Source of the DNA: Eubacteriales bacterium
GTDB lineage: Bacteria > Bacillota > Clostridia > Oscillospirales > CAG-382
Direction: 5' to 3'
Assembly: GCA_045600105.1 (NCBI GenBank)
Contig: JAZRXG010000021.1
Location: 5,387 to 69,386, forward strand
DNA length: 64,000 nt
The notes below the pieces were generated by a model, which was not told the origin of the DNA, made no database searches, and worked only from the letters and a program-made list of their open reading frames with translations. Made by a program: the position numbers and the translations under genes. This document shows, one piece after another, positions 39,186-48,942 of the stretch (position 1 is the first letter of the stretch; every line of letters starts with the position of its first letter).

Positions 39186-39585
39186 TATGGTATATGCTCC
39201 CGAAGGTTGGGACGAGGAACGGAGCGCAGGCTTCTGCGGGACCATCCGTTGGGGATACAAAGGCTGAATAAACGAAGTGCGGAGCAAACCTCCGCACTTC
39301 AGACCGAAGACAAACTCGTTCCTTACGCCATTGAAATGCAAATAGAATAGAGAAAAGAGTAAAAGTGTACTTTTATCCAAGACGGATGAGAGTACACTTT
39401 TATAATAGGAATATTGATTTTATCAGAAATTTCAATGGCTTCGACGAAAAACTCGACTGCCGTAGTAATCTACGCCGACGCTCGTTTTTCGCCGAAATCA
39501 ACTTCGCTTGTCTCAGTCTGCTCAGATTGCAGACTTTGTCTGCAATCTGAAGTGCGGAGCAAACCTCCGCACTTATTTTATCAAA
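39186..39585 (+). other. gene-free structured locus bracketed by two identical 26-nt hairpins (candidate ncRNA or decayed element)
   Basis: GAAGTGCGGAGCAAACCTCCGCACTT occurs at 39274-39299 and 39549-39574, the second followed by ATTTTAT. Several nested helices (see findings). No credible ORF. Strand assignment is tentative. Confidence 0.35.
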
Positions 39586-39590
39586 AACAC

Positions 39591-39619
39591 TTGAATAAAG
39601 CCGTAAAGCGTGCTATAAT
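39591..39619 (+). promoter_or_regulatory. near-consensus sigma-A promoter of metA
   Basis: TTGAAT (39591-96), 17 nt, TATAAT (39614-19). About 28 nt to ATG, with GAGGTGAG as RBS. Confidence 0.7.
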
Positions 39620-39647
39620 AACACATCATTTGCACGAGGTGAGTTCA

Positions 39648-40571
39648 ATGCCCATAAAGATCCCTTCTTCGCTGCCCGCAGCCGAAACGCTTGAAAAAGA
39701 AAATATTTTCATAATGGACGAAAAGCGCGCGATATCGCAGGATATCCGTCCGCTCAAGATCGCCATACTCAACCTCATGCCGACCAAGGAAGTCACCGAG
39801 ACCCAGATGCTCCGCCTTCTTTCCAATTCCCCGCTGCAGGTCGAGGTACAGCTGCTCACGACCGCGACGTACGAGGCAAAGCACACGGCGAAGCAGCACC
39901 TGGAGTCGTTTTACAAGACGTTCGACGAAATAAAGAACACCAAGCTCGACGGTCTCATAATCACGGGCGCTCCCGTCGAATACCTTGATTTTGACAAGGT
40001 CGAATACTGGGACGAGCTCTGCGGCATCATGGACTGGGCGAGCGAAAACGTATTTTCCACCCTCTACGTCTGCTGGGGCGCTTTCGCCGGACTTTATCAC
40101 AACTGCGGTATAAAAAAATATCCGCTTGTGAACAAGATAAGCGGCGTTTACCGTCATCACACGCTTTTGTCTGCCGATCCGCTCGTGAGAGGCTTTGACG
40201 AATATTTCTACGCGCCTCATTCGCGCTATTCCTACGTCCTGCGCGACGACGTCACGGCAAACGAAAACCTCAAGCTGCTTGCCGAGGGCGACGCCGGCGT
40301 CTACCTCGTGGCGTCGAAGGACTGCCGTCAGGTGTACGTCACGGGACATCCCGAATATGACCACAACACGCTTCAGCTCGAATACGAGCGCGACGTGAAA
40401 AAGGGGCTCGACATCGCCGTGCCGAGGAACTATTTCCCGAACGACGACCCGACGAAAACTCCCCCCAATATGTGGCGTTCCCACGCGCATCTCCTCTACG
40501 CCAACTGGCTCAACTACTACGTCTATCAGGTGACTCCTTACGACATTGACGAGATCGGAAAAAATAAATAA
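39648..40571 (+). CDS. metA: homoserine O-acyltransferase MetA
   Basis: MPIKIPSSLPAAETLEKENIFIM...LKIAILNLMPTK. 307 aa. The track ORF is over-extended upstream. Confidence 0.95.
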   Translation: MPIKIPSSLPAAETLEKENIFIMDEKRAISQDIRPLKIAILNLMPTKEVTETQMLRLLSNSPLQVEVQLLTTATYEAKHTAKQHLESFYKTFDEIKNTKLDGLIITGAPVEYLDFDKVEYWDELCGIMDWASENVFSTLYVCWGAFAGLYHNCGIKKYPLVNKISGVYRHHTLLSADPLVRGFDEYFYAPHSRYSYVLRDDVTANENLKLLAEGDAGVYLVASKDCRQVYVTGHPEYDHNTLQLEYERDVKKGLDIAVPRNYFPNDDPTKTPPNMWRSHAHLLYANWLNYYVYQVTPYDIDEIGKNK

Positions 40572-40577
40572 TATAAG

Positions 40578-40617
40578 AAAGGATTTCCGCATAGCAAAAA
40601 ACGCGGAAATCCTTTTT
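40578..40617. terminator. bidirectional intrinsic terminator
   Basis: aaaggatttccgcatagcaaaaaacgcggaaatccttttt. Confidence 0.8.
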
Positions 40618-40641
40618 CATGTTTACTTAAGGCTTGATGCT

Positions 40642-42999
40642 TTACTTGAACTCCACCACGGTGACGCCGGTGTCGCCTTCACCGTATCTGCCGCTGCGGA
40701 ACGAGGAAACGCGTTTGTCGTGCCTGAGCTGGTCCTGTATCGCCGATCTCAGCGCGCCCGTTCCTTTCCCGTGGATGATGCGGACGGTCTTGTAGTTCGC
40801 CATTATCGCCGACTCAAAATAACGGTCGATAACGAAATACGCGTCGTCGCCGGTGAGTCCGCGGACGTCGACCTCGTTCTTGACCGCTTCGGTCGGATGG
40901 CTGTACGATACGGTCGACTGCTGCCTGACCTTTTCTTTGGTCTCGTCAACGAGTTTGAGCTCGGAAACCTTGACCTTGGTGGTGATGATACCCGCTTTGA
41001 TAACGGCGTTGTCGCCGTCGACGCTTACGACGATGCCCTTTTTGTTGATGCCTTTTATCAAAACGTCATCGCCTGCTCTGAGCGGACGCGGAAGCACGTA
41101 ATCGTCTGTCTCTTCTATTTCAGCCGGCGACGAGTTCTTTATTTCGTCCCTTATCGCCTTGCGGGCGGAATCCATATTGTCGAATTTTTTCTCTTTTTCT
41201 GCGTCTCTTCTCAGCTTGTTCAGCTCGTCAAAGATAAAGTCACTCGACGCCTTTGCCTGCGCCATGATACGCGCGGCTCTGTCTTCGGCTTTGGCTATCT
41301 GCTCGGCGGCGTTCTTTTCGGCTTTTTCTTTTTCCGCCTTCGCGTCTTCAAGCGCGTCTTCCGCCTGCTTTTTCATTTTGGCGAGTTCTTCTTTTTCTTT
41401 GGAAAGCCTGCCTTCAGTCTCTTCGAGACGGGTTATGACGTCCTCAAACTTAATGCTTTCCTCGCTCATCGCGGCTTTCGCCTTGTCGATGATGCGTTCG
41501 GGGATTCCGAGACGCAGCGAAATGGCGAACGCGTTCGATTTGCCGGGGAGCCCGACGATGAGGCGGTAGGTGGGGCGCAGGGTCTCGATGTCGAATTCAC
41601 ACGAGGCGTTCATAACGCCCTGCGTTTCAAGCGCATAGGTCTTGAGCTCGGCGTAATGCGTCGTTGCCGCGGTGACCGCGCCGATGCGCTTCATATCCTC
41701 GAGTATCGCAATCGCGAGAGCCGCGCCCTCGGTGGGGTCGGTCCCCGCTCCGAGCTCGTCGAAAAGCACGAGCGAACGGCAGGACGCGTTTTTGATTATA
41801 TCGACGATGTTCGTCATGTGCGCCGAGAACGTGGAGAGCGACTGCTCTATCGACTGTTCGTCGCCGATGTCGGGCAATATGCGGTCGAACACGGGAAGCG
41901 TAGTGCCGAAGTCGCACGGTACCTCGATGCCGGACTGTGCCATCATGGCAAGCAGACCTATCGTCTTGAGCGTGACGGTCTTGCCGCCGGTGTTCGGACC
42001 CGTGATGACGAGAGTGCCGCATTCTTCGCTGCCGAGCGACACCGAAATAGGCACCACCTTATCCTTGTCGAGCAGCGGATGACGGGCGTTTATCAGCTTG
42101 ACCGCCATGTTTTTTTCGTTTATGACGGGAGAAATGCCGCGGATATCGAACGAATAGTCCGCTTTGCCGAATATGACCGAAAGATCTGTCGACACCTTGA
42201 AGTCGATGGCGATCAAGCCTTCGGAAAGTGCGACCTGATCGGAAAGGGCGGCAAGTATCTTTTCGATCTCTCTGCCTTCGGCGACCTTGAGCTCACGGAG
42301 CTTGTTGTTGCTGTCGAGCACCGCCATGGGCTCGATGAACAGAGTCGCGCCCGACGCGGACGTGTCGTGAACGAGACCTTTTATTTCGTTTTTGTATTCC
42401 GCCTTGACGGGAACGACGTATCTTCCGTTGCGGATGGTGACGATGTTTTCCTGCAGATATTTGGAATAGCTGCCGGCGGTATATTTTGCGAGCACGTCTC
42501 GGACATCCGACTCACATTTTCTTATCGCTCTTCTGATCCTGAAAAGCTCGTCCGACGCAGAATCGGCTATCATATCCTCGGCGATTATGGCGTCGCCGAT
42601 TGCGCGTTCGAGCGTTCTGTTCTCGCGCAGCATTTCAAAATATTCGTCAAGCGGGCCAAGATCCTCGCTTTTTGCGGGGTACGCCTTGAGAGCCGACGCG
42701 CTTCTGAGCAGCGACTGTATGTCGAGCAGCTCGCGCGGCGACAGAGCTGCGCCCTTTCCCGCGCGTTCGACCGACGGGATTATGTCTTTTCCGCTTCCGA
42801 ACGGGGGCATCGAACGCTTGGCGAGCAGTTCCTTTGCCTTTGCCGTTTCGGCAAGACGCCTTTTGACGACGACCGGGTCGTCGCTCGGCTCAAGGGATGC
42901 CGCAAGCGCCTTTCCGCTTTCGGTACGGACGTAGTGAGTGAGTTTTTCTATTACTTTATCGTACTCAAGGATCCTTGATGCTTTTGCGAATGAATCCAT
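40642..42999 (-). CDS. mutS2: endonuclease MutS2
   Basis: GPNTGGKTV Walker A, a long coiled-coil, and a C-terminal Smr domain (VDVRGL...IIHGKGTGALR). Confidence 0.95.
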   Translation of the reverse strand: MDSFAKASRILEYDKVIEKLTHYVRTESGKALAASLEPSDDPVVVKRRLAETAKAKELLAKRSMPPFGSGKDIIPSVERAGKGAALSPRELLDIQSLLRSASALKAYPAKSEDLGPLDEYFEMLRENRTLERAIGDAIIAEDMIADSASDELFRIRRAIRKCESDVRDVLAKYTAGSYSKYLQENIVTIRNGRYVVPVKAEYKNEIKGLVHDTSASGATLFIEPMAVLDSNNKLRELKVAEGREIEKILAALSDQVALSEGLIAIDFKVSTDLSVIFGKADYSFDIRGISPVINEKNMAVKLINARHPLLDKDKVVPISVSLGSEECGTLVITGPNTGGKTVTLKTIGLLAMMAQSGIEVPCDFGTTLPVFDRILPDIGDEQSIEQSLSTFSAHMTNIVDIIKNASCRSLVLFDELGAGTDPTEGAALAIAILEDMKRIGAVTAATTHYAELKTYALETQGVMNASCEFDIETLRPTYRLIVGLPGKSNAFAISLRLGIPERIIDKAKAAMSEESIKFEDVITRLEETEGRLSKEKEELAKMKKQAEDALEDAKAEKEKAEKNAAEQIAKAEDRAARIMAQAKASSDFIFDELNKLRRDAEKEKKFDNMDSARKAIRDEIKNSSPAEIEETDDYVLPRPLRAGDDVLIKGINKKGIVVSVDGDNAVIKAGIITTKVKVSELKLVDETKEKVRQQSTVSYSHPTEAVKNEVDVRGLTGDDAYFVIDRYFESAIMANYKTVRIIHGKGTGALRSAIQDQLRHDKRVSSFRSGRYGEGDTGVTVVEFK

Positions 43000-43736
43000 T
43001 ATAAGTCCTTTCTGATCTCGTGGTAAAAGTCAAGACTTTTGGGCTTGACGTCAGCCGCGTAGATCAAATATTTCTCGCAGAAATCGCAGAAGACCTTTTC
43101 GTCATCGGGTGTGAGCGAAAACGAAAGTATCTTGCTCTGCGGGCATTTCCCGAGATAATCAAGCGCTTTGACGGCGCTTTTCGTGAGTCTGTAAGCAAGC
43201 TCCGGAACCGGAGCGCATTCGTCGCAGAACAGGGCGCTTTCGTCGAAATCGTAAAGCGTTCCTTCCGCTTCACATATCGCACAGCCCGAAAAATCAGGCG
43301 CCATACCCATGACGACGCAGAGTCTGTACTCGAACACCGCCTTGATGAGGTCGGTATCGGCAAGACCGCGCGAAAGAGCGAAAAGACAGTTCAGATAAAG
43401 GCGGAGTATGCCGTCATCGTACGACGGAACGGAAACCATGGCGCATATCTCGGACATATAAGACGCGGCGGCAAGCGTGAAGATGTCGGAACGCAGTCCG
43501 TAAAAATTCTCGATGAGCGTCGCCTCGGTGAGCGTCATGTGACCGTTCTTTTCGTATACGGAAAGTTCGGAATAGGCAAAAAGCTGGACCGACTTGAGAT
43601 ATGACGACGAAATATTGCGCGCGCCCGTGGCATGCACGGTGACGACGCCGTCGTTTTCGGTGAGAACGTAAAGCAGTTTTCCTTTTTCTCCGGTCGGGAT
43701 CTCTCTGATGACGGCGCCTTTGAACGTCTTATTCAT
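42999..43736 (-). CDS. recO: DNA repair protein RecO
   Basis: RecO OB N-domain and a Cys-rich Zn motif (CAICE...CDEC). Conserved era-recO neighbourhood. Confidence 0.85.
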   Translation of the reverse strand: MNKTFKGAVIREIPTGEKGKLLYVLTENDGVVTVHATGARNISSSYLKSVQLFAYSELSVYEKNGHMTLTEATLIENFYGLRSDIFTLAAASYMSEICAMVSVPSYDDGILRLYLNCLFALSRGLADTDLIKAVFEYRLCVVMGMAPDFSGCAICEAEGTLYDFDESALFCDECAPVPELAYRLTKSAVKALDYLGKCPQSKILSFSLTPDDEKVFCDFCEKYLIYAADVKPKSLDFYHEIRKDL

Positions 43737-44672
43737 TTATTCTTTATCTCCGTAGCCGAAATTGTTGAGAAACGCCGGACGGTCGCGCCAGTTTTCCTTG
43801 ACTTTGACCCAGATGTCGAGGAATATCCTCGCGCCGAGTATGTTTTCGAGGTCTTCACGCGCGTATGAGCCGATCTTTTTGAGCATCGCGCCGTCCTTGC
43901 CGATGACGATTTTCTTGTGCGCCTGCTTTTCGACGTAAAGCTCGGCGCGTATCGTGATGACGTCCTTCTTTTCCTTGAACTCCTCGATGACGACGGCGAT
44001 GCCGTGAGGTATCTCGTCGTCGGTGAGGCGAAGCGCTTTTTCGCGGATGACCTCGGCAACTATCTGCTTTTCGGGCTGGTCGGTATAAAGGTCTTCCGGG
44101 AAGAAATGAGGCGACGGAACGAGGTATTTTTCTATTTCGTCCATAATGATGTCGATGCCGTCGTTATTGAGCGCCGAAACGGGGATGACGGAATCGAACG
44201 AATACAGCTGCGATATTTCGGAAATGTATTTGAGGATGGCGGTCTTGTCGGTGATGTCGGTCTTGTTGATGACGAGCACTTTTTTCATATCCGCCTGCGA
44301 ATAAGACTCGAGCGCGTTCCTTTCGGTCACCGTGAGCGGCACGGAAGCGTCCACTACGAATATTACCGCGTCAGCGTCGGACGACGCCGAGCCGACGGCT
44401 TTCATCATATATTCGCCGAGCAGGTTCTTGGGCTTGTGAAGTCCCGGTGTATCGATGAAAACGTACTGGTCGTTTCCCTTCGTGAGCACGCCGGTGATGC
44501 GGTTGCGCGTGGTCTGCGGTTTTTTTGAAACTATCGCCACTTTTTCACCGACGAGAGCGTTCATCAGAGTGGATTTGCCCACGTTGGGGCGTCCCGTTAT
44601 CATTATGAAAGCGCTTCTGGTCCCGGGGTTTTCGGTGTTTTCGTTCATTTCGATGATATTTTCGTTTTTCAT
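43737..44672 (-). CDS. era: GTPase Era
   Basis: GRPNVGKST, DTPG, NKTD, and a C-terminal KH domain. Confidence 0.95.
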   Translation of the reverse strand: MKNENIIEMNENTENPGTRSAFIMITGRPNVGKSTLMNALVGEKVAIVSKKPQTTRNRITGVLTKGNDQYVFIDTPGLHKPKNLLGEYMMKAVGSASSDADAVIFVVDASVPLTVTERNALESYSQADMKKVLVINKTDITDKTAILKYISEISQLYSFDSVIPVSALNNDGIDIIMDEIEKYLVPSPHFFPEDLYTDQPEKQIVAEVIREKALRLTDDEIPHGIAVVIEEFKEKKDVITIRAELYVEKQAHKKIVIGKDGAMLKKIGSYAREDLENILGARIFLDIWVKVKENWRDRPAFLNNFGYGDKE

Positions 44673-44675
44673 TTG

Positions 44676-45131
44676 TCAGTCCCTCGTGATGCCGAGCGAA
44701 TCAAGTATCTCGTCCTGCATCCTTTCCATTTCGATCCGTTGTTCTTCGCCCTGCTCGTGGTCGTAGCCGAGCAGGTGCAGCGTCGAATGTACGCTCAAAA
44801 AGCACATCTCGCGTCTGAGCGAATGGCCGTATTCCGCCGCCTGCTCCGCCGCCTTGTCTATCGATATGACTATGTCGCCGAGCTCCTTGAGCCCGTCGGG
44901 AAGGTCGAAATCGTCCATCGGGAACGAGAGCACATCAGTCGGACGGTCGACACCGCGGTATTCGGCGTTGAGCGAATGAATGTATTCGTTATCGCATACC
45001 GTGATATAGACCTCGAACTCGCCGTCCTCGTACTCACGCGATACGGCGGCGCGGACGCATTTTTTCATATCGTACATTATGCTTTTATCGACTTTTACGT
45101 CGGTGATGTTTTTGTAATAAACGTGGACCAT
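44676..45131 (-). CDS. ybeY: rRNA maturation endoribonuclease YbeY
   Basis: HSTLHLLGYDH metal-binding motif. Confidence 0.95.
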   Translation of the reverse strand: MVHVYYKNITDVKVDKSIMYDMKKCVRAAVSREYEDGEFEVYITVCDNEYIHSLNAEYRGVDRPTDVLSFPMDDFDLPDGLKELGDIVISIDKAAEQAAEYGHSLRREMCFLSVHSTLHLLGYDHEQGEEQRIEMERMQDEILDSLGITRD

Positions 45132-45132
45132 A

Positions 45133-46149
45133 TCAGATTTTCCTCCTGAAGGTCATTCTTTCCTTGTCTCTTTCTTTCATCGCGTCGGACGCGCCTTTCT
45201 TTTCGTAGGCGAGAATTATCTTCTGTACGAGCGGATGACGCACTACGTCCTTGTGGCTGAACTTGTATATCGCGATGCCGTCGATGTCGCCGAGGATGTC
45301 TATCGCCTCAACGAGTCCGCTCTTTTTGATGAACGGAAGGTCGATCTGCGTGACGTCGCCCGTGACAATCGCCTTTGAGTTGTTGCCGAGCCGCGTCAGG
45401 AACATTTTCATCTGTTCGGGGGTCGTGTTCTGTGCTTCGTCGAGGATTATGAACGAATCGTCGAGCGTTCTGCCGCGCATATAGGCGAGCGGCGCGATCT
45501 CGATGGTGTTCTTTTCCATGTGCCGCGCAAACGACTCGCCGCCCAGCATTTCGTTGAGCGCGTCGTAAAGGGGACGGAGGTACGGGTCTATCTTCTGCTG
45601 GAGGTCACCCGGCAGGAATCCCAGCTTTTCGCCCGCTTCCACCGCAGGCCGCGTGAGGATTATGCGGGATATCTGTTTCTGACGGAGCGCCGTCACCGCC
45701 ATTGCCACGGCAAGGAAGGTCTTGCCGGTACCGGCGGGGCCGACACCGAAGGTTATGGTGTTCTTTTTGATGGCATCGACGTATTTCTGCTGACCGACGG
45801 TCTTGGCTTTTATCGGCTTGCCCGTGTTGGTGAGGCAGACGCAGTCGTTGAGCATTCCCTCAAGTTCGGAGGAACGGTCGTCACGCACCATCGAAACGAC
45901 GTAGTTTATCGTATTTTCGCCTATCGAATCCTCGAATTTCGCGAGTTTTTCAAGCTGCAGCACGGCTTCATACGCCATGTCCACGTTGTCCTTGTTCTCG
46001 CCCGAAACGCTGACGTTGCCGTCACGGCTCGATATGCGAACCTGAAATTCCTTTTCGAGTATATCGGTGTTGCCGTCAAGCGTACCGAAAAGCTTCAGCA
46101 CGAAATCGAGGCTCAGCTCACTCATTTTTCTTTCATAAAGATCCGCCAT
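45133..46149 (-). CDS. phoH: PhoH-family ATPase
   Basis: [11 protein letters not shown] and PhoH length and context (phoH-ybeY-era). Confidence 0.9.
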   Translation of the reverse strand: MADLYERKMSELSLDFVLKLFGTLDGNTDILEKEFQVRISSRDGNVSVSGENKDNVDMAYEAVLQLEKLAKFEDSIGENTINYVVSMVRDDRSSELEGMLNDCVCLTNTGKPIKAKTVGQQKYVDAIKKNTITFGVGPAGTGKTFLAVAMAVTALRQKQISRIILTRPAVEAGEKLGFLPGDLQQKIDPYLRPLYDALNEMLGGESFARHMEKNTIEIAPLAYMRGRTLDDSFIILDEAQNTTPEQMKMFLTRLGNNSKAIVTGDVTQIDLPFIKKSGLVEAIDILGDIDGIAIYKFSHKDVVRHPLVQKIILAYEKKGASDAMKERDKERMTFRRKI

Positions 46150-46355
46150 ATTTCAACCTCCGTATAAGTCAGATCGCCGTTTTTATACGAACCCTTTGTA
46201 TTATATCACACGTTTTTGTAAATGTACAGTTATATTTTAATTATTTTGGGCGTTTTCGGCATATCTCAGACCGCAAAAATAAATTATTGACAAATATAAA
46301 GAATTATGATACAATGTATTCAGCATAATATACAATATAAGAAGGAGAATCACTT

Positions 46356-47861
46356 ATGAAAAAAACACTGGCACTCATCCTTGCGTTGATGCTCGTGGCA
46401 GCGTCGCTCATTGCCTGCTCCGAAAGCGGCAGCGATACCTCCGACCCGGAATCCAAAGCCGATCCCGTTTCTCAGGCAGACGAATCGGCCGCAGACGAAT
46501 CCGAGGTTGAAGAATCGAGCGAAGCGACCCCCTACGAACACCTCAAAAGATTCAATTTCGCAGACACCGAAGTTCTCTTCCTCGTTGTAGGCGACGGCAA
46601 AGACAGATATAAATCCATCGAGATCATGCCGTACGAAGACAGCGCGGACGCTATCAGAGAAGCGGTCGAAACCAGAAACAGCATGGTCGAAGACCTTCTC
46701 AGCGTTTCCATCGACGAGATCAGAACCGACAACTTCCTCCAGGATGCCAGAAACGACATTCAGGGCGGCGGTGAATACGACATCATCTGCCCGTGGATGC
46801 CCGACGCGGCTACCCTCGCTTCCGAAGGTTCCCTCTACGACCTTTACGAATTCAGCGACATCCTCCTCCTTGACAAACCTTATTGGGATCAGGGCGCAAA
46901 CGCCGACCTTTCCTTTGCCAACAAGCTTTATTTCACCACCGGCGACTTCTCTCTTCTCACCTTCGACTGCACTCACGCGATCGTCTTCAACAAGACTCTC
47001 CGCGAACAGTGCGGCGCTGAAGATCCTTATCAGCTCCTCAGAGATGACAAATGGACCTTCGACGCACTTTACAGAAACGCCAAACTCGCTACCGCCGATA
47101 CCGACGGCACCGACGGCATGAAGTACACCGATACCTGGGGCCTCATCCTCAACGAGAACTATACCACCTCGATGTTCATCGGCTCCGGTGAACGTATCAC
47201 CACCAAGGACTCCGACGACATCCCCATGCTCGCCATCGAGACCCAGAGAGCTCCCACGGTAGTTGAAAAGATCCGTCAGATCACCAACGACCCCGAATCC
47301 ACCATCCTTATCGAAAAACAGTCCGTTGCCGGCACCGGCTACAAGGACGTTTACTACGCGGCTTCCGCAGCGATCGGCGAAGACAGAGCACTCTTCAGAA
47401 CTCTCGCGATCGTCGACCTCGGCGAGCTTGACGACTTCGACTGCAGCTACGGCGTTCTTCCCACCCCGAAGTTCAACGAAGAACAGGAAAATTACTACAA
47501 CGTAGTTTCCGCCATCATGGCTACCTCGTTCTGCATCCCGATGTCCGCAGAAGACCCCGAGATGTCCGCGGCAGTCGGCGAAGCAATGTCTCTCTTCTCC
47601 ACCGACACCGTAAGAAAAGCTTACTACAACACCATCCTCAAAGGCCGCCGTATCGCCGATGAAGAAGGCGAATTCGCGCTCGACATCATCTTCAACAACC
47701 GCGTATACGAAATGGCTACCATTTATCAGTTCGGCTCCATCTACACCGTCATCAGCGACTGTGCAAAAGCTTCCAGCGATATCTTCGCTTCCAAGGTCGA
47801 ATCCGTTAAGGGCTCGGTCGAAGCAGCCATCGAAGACCTCGCTGAAAAATATATGGACTGA
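46356..47861 (+). CDS. extracellular solute-binding lipoprotein (paralog of 8299-9852), orphan
   Basis: Lipobox SLIAC plus an acidic linker. Colinear similarity to the 8299 SBP. Strong promoter TTGACA-17-TACAAT upstream. Confidence 0.75.
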   Translation: MKKTLALILALMLVAASLIACSESGSDTSDPESKADPVSQADESAADESEVEESSEATPYEHLKRFNFADTEVLFLVVGDGKDRYKSIEIMPYEDSADAIREAVETRNSMVEDLLSVSIDEIRTDNFLQDARNDIQGGGEYDIICPWMPDAATLASEGSLYDLYEFSDILLLDKPYWDQGANADLSFANKLYFTTGDFSLLTFDCTHAIVFNKTLREQCGAEDPYQLLRDDKWTFDALYRNAKLATADTDGTDGMKYTDTWGLILNENYTTSMFIGSGERITTKDSDDIPMLAIETQRAPTVVEKIRQITNDPESTILIEKQSVAGTGYKDVYYAASAAIGEDRALFRTLAIVDLGELDDFDCSYGVLPTPKFNEEQENYYNVVSAIMATSFCIPMSAEDPEMSAAVGEAMSLFSTDTVRKAYYNTILKGRRIADEEGEFALDIIFNNRVYEMATIYQFGSIYTVISDCAKASSDIFASKVESVKGSVEAAIEDLAEKYMD

Positions 47862-47985
47862 TTAACAGTTTAAGCTTAACAAGGCAAAGGGCACGGATAA
47901 ATCCGTGCCCTTTGTTGCACAAAAGAACACGTCCCGTGAGGCGCCATGCGCCTTGTGGGACGTGTTTTGCGTTTGCTGTGTGTTG

Positions 47986-48942
47986 TTATCTTTCCTCGCG
48001 GAAATACGATTGCCCGAGGCTTGCGGGAGGCAGGTTCTCACGCTTCTTACGTGCGCTGACAAAGATAAGAACGATGATGGTAACCGCATAGGGAAGCATC
48101 TTGAATATCTCTTTGCCGGCAAATCCGATGCCCGGAATGAAGCTGCTGGCGATATAGAGTCCGCCGAATACGATGGAGCAGAAAATGCTGAGGTATGGTT
48201 TCCAAACGGCGAAGATAACGAGTGCGATGGCAAGCCAGCCCATTGCGTCGATATCGTATTCCCAGTTTCCGTACAGCGTGTCCATGATGTAAGAGAGACC
48301 GCCGAGTCCCGCGATACCGCAGCCGATGATAGTCGCAAGGTATTTATAACGGGTTACGTTTATACCGGTCGCGTCTGCAGTCGCGGGGTTTTCGCCTACT
48401 GCTCTGAGATAAAGACCGACTTTGGTACGAGTGAGAACGATCGATGCGATTATGGCTACCGCTATTGCGAGCCATACAAGTATCCCGTATGAGAATGTAA
48501 CTGTTCCGAAATCACCGAGCTTGTCGGCAAAAGGAAGCCCCTGAGTAAAATATTTTCCTCCGCGGCTGAATGTGGTGTCGATCTGCGCTATCATGTAGTC
48601 CGAAACACCGACGCCGAGCGTGGTAAGCGTAAGACCGGTGACGTTCTGGTTGGCTCTGAGAGTGACCGTCACGAACGAATAAATAAGACCTACGGCAGCG
48701 CCGCCGAGGATAGCGGCTATGATCGGGATGAGAACGACGAGGATATAAACGGGTTTGGAACGTCCGATCGACTGGAAATAAATGCTTTCGGCAACGCATC
48801 CGCACGAAGCGCCGACGCACATGACGCCGGGGATACCGAGGTTGAGGTTGCCCGATTTTTCGGTGATTATTTCACCGGTGGAGCCAAACAGAAATACCGC
48901 GCTGAGTCGTATTGCGCTTGTAATGAAATTCAACCAGTTCAT
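47986..48942 (-). CDS. ABC permease (BMP/nucleoside-type, second subunit)
   Basis: ~9-TM BPD type-2 permease. Overlaps the upstream permease by 4 nt. Confidence 0.85.
   Translation of the reverse strand: MNWLNFITSAIRLSAVFLFGSTGEIITEKSGNLNLGIPGVMCVGASCGCVAESIYFQSIGRSKPVYILVVLIPIIAAILGGAAVGLIYSFVTVTLRANQNVTGLTLTTLGVGVSDYMIAQIDTTFSRGGKYFTQGLPFADKLGDFGTVTFSYGILVWLAIAVAIIASIVLTRTKVGLYLRAVGENPATADATGINVTRYKYLATIIGCGIAGLGGLSYIMDTLYGNWEYDIDAMGWLAIALVIFAVWKPYLSIFCSIVFGGLYIASSFIPGIGFAGKEIFKMLPYAVTIIVLIFVSARKKRENLPPASLGQSYFREER

Noticed and set aside
39365-39550. 61-aa ORF (and the minus-strand ORFs 39070-39380) in the metA upstream gap as small proteins or type I toxins
   Set aside because: No RBS at suitable spacing and no convincing TM segment. 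The ORFs run through the hairpin repeats. This cannot be excluded without expression data.
39186-39647. SAM (S-box) riboswitch or Met T-box controlling metA
   Set aside because: No S-box blocks (GAGGGA...GGCCC...GCAACC) and no T-box GGTGGTACCGCG sequence. metA also has its own promoter downstream of the second hairpin.
40546-42978. 810-aa ORF on the plus strand
   Set aside because: Antisense to mutS2, which has unmistakable motifs. The shadow ORF is Arg/Phe-rich junk.
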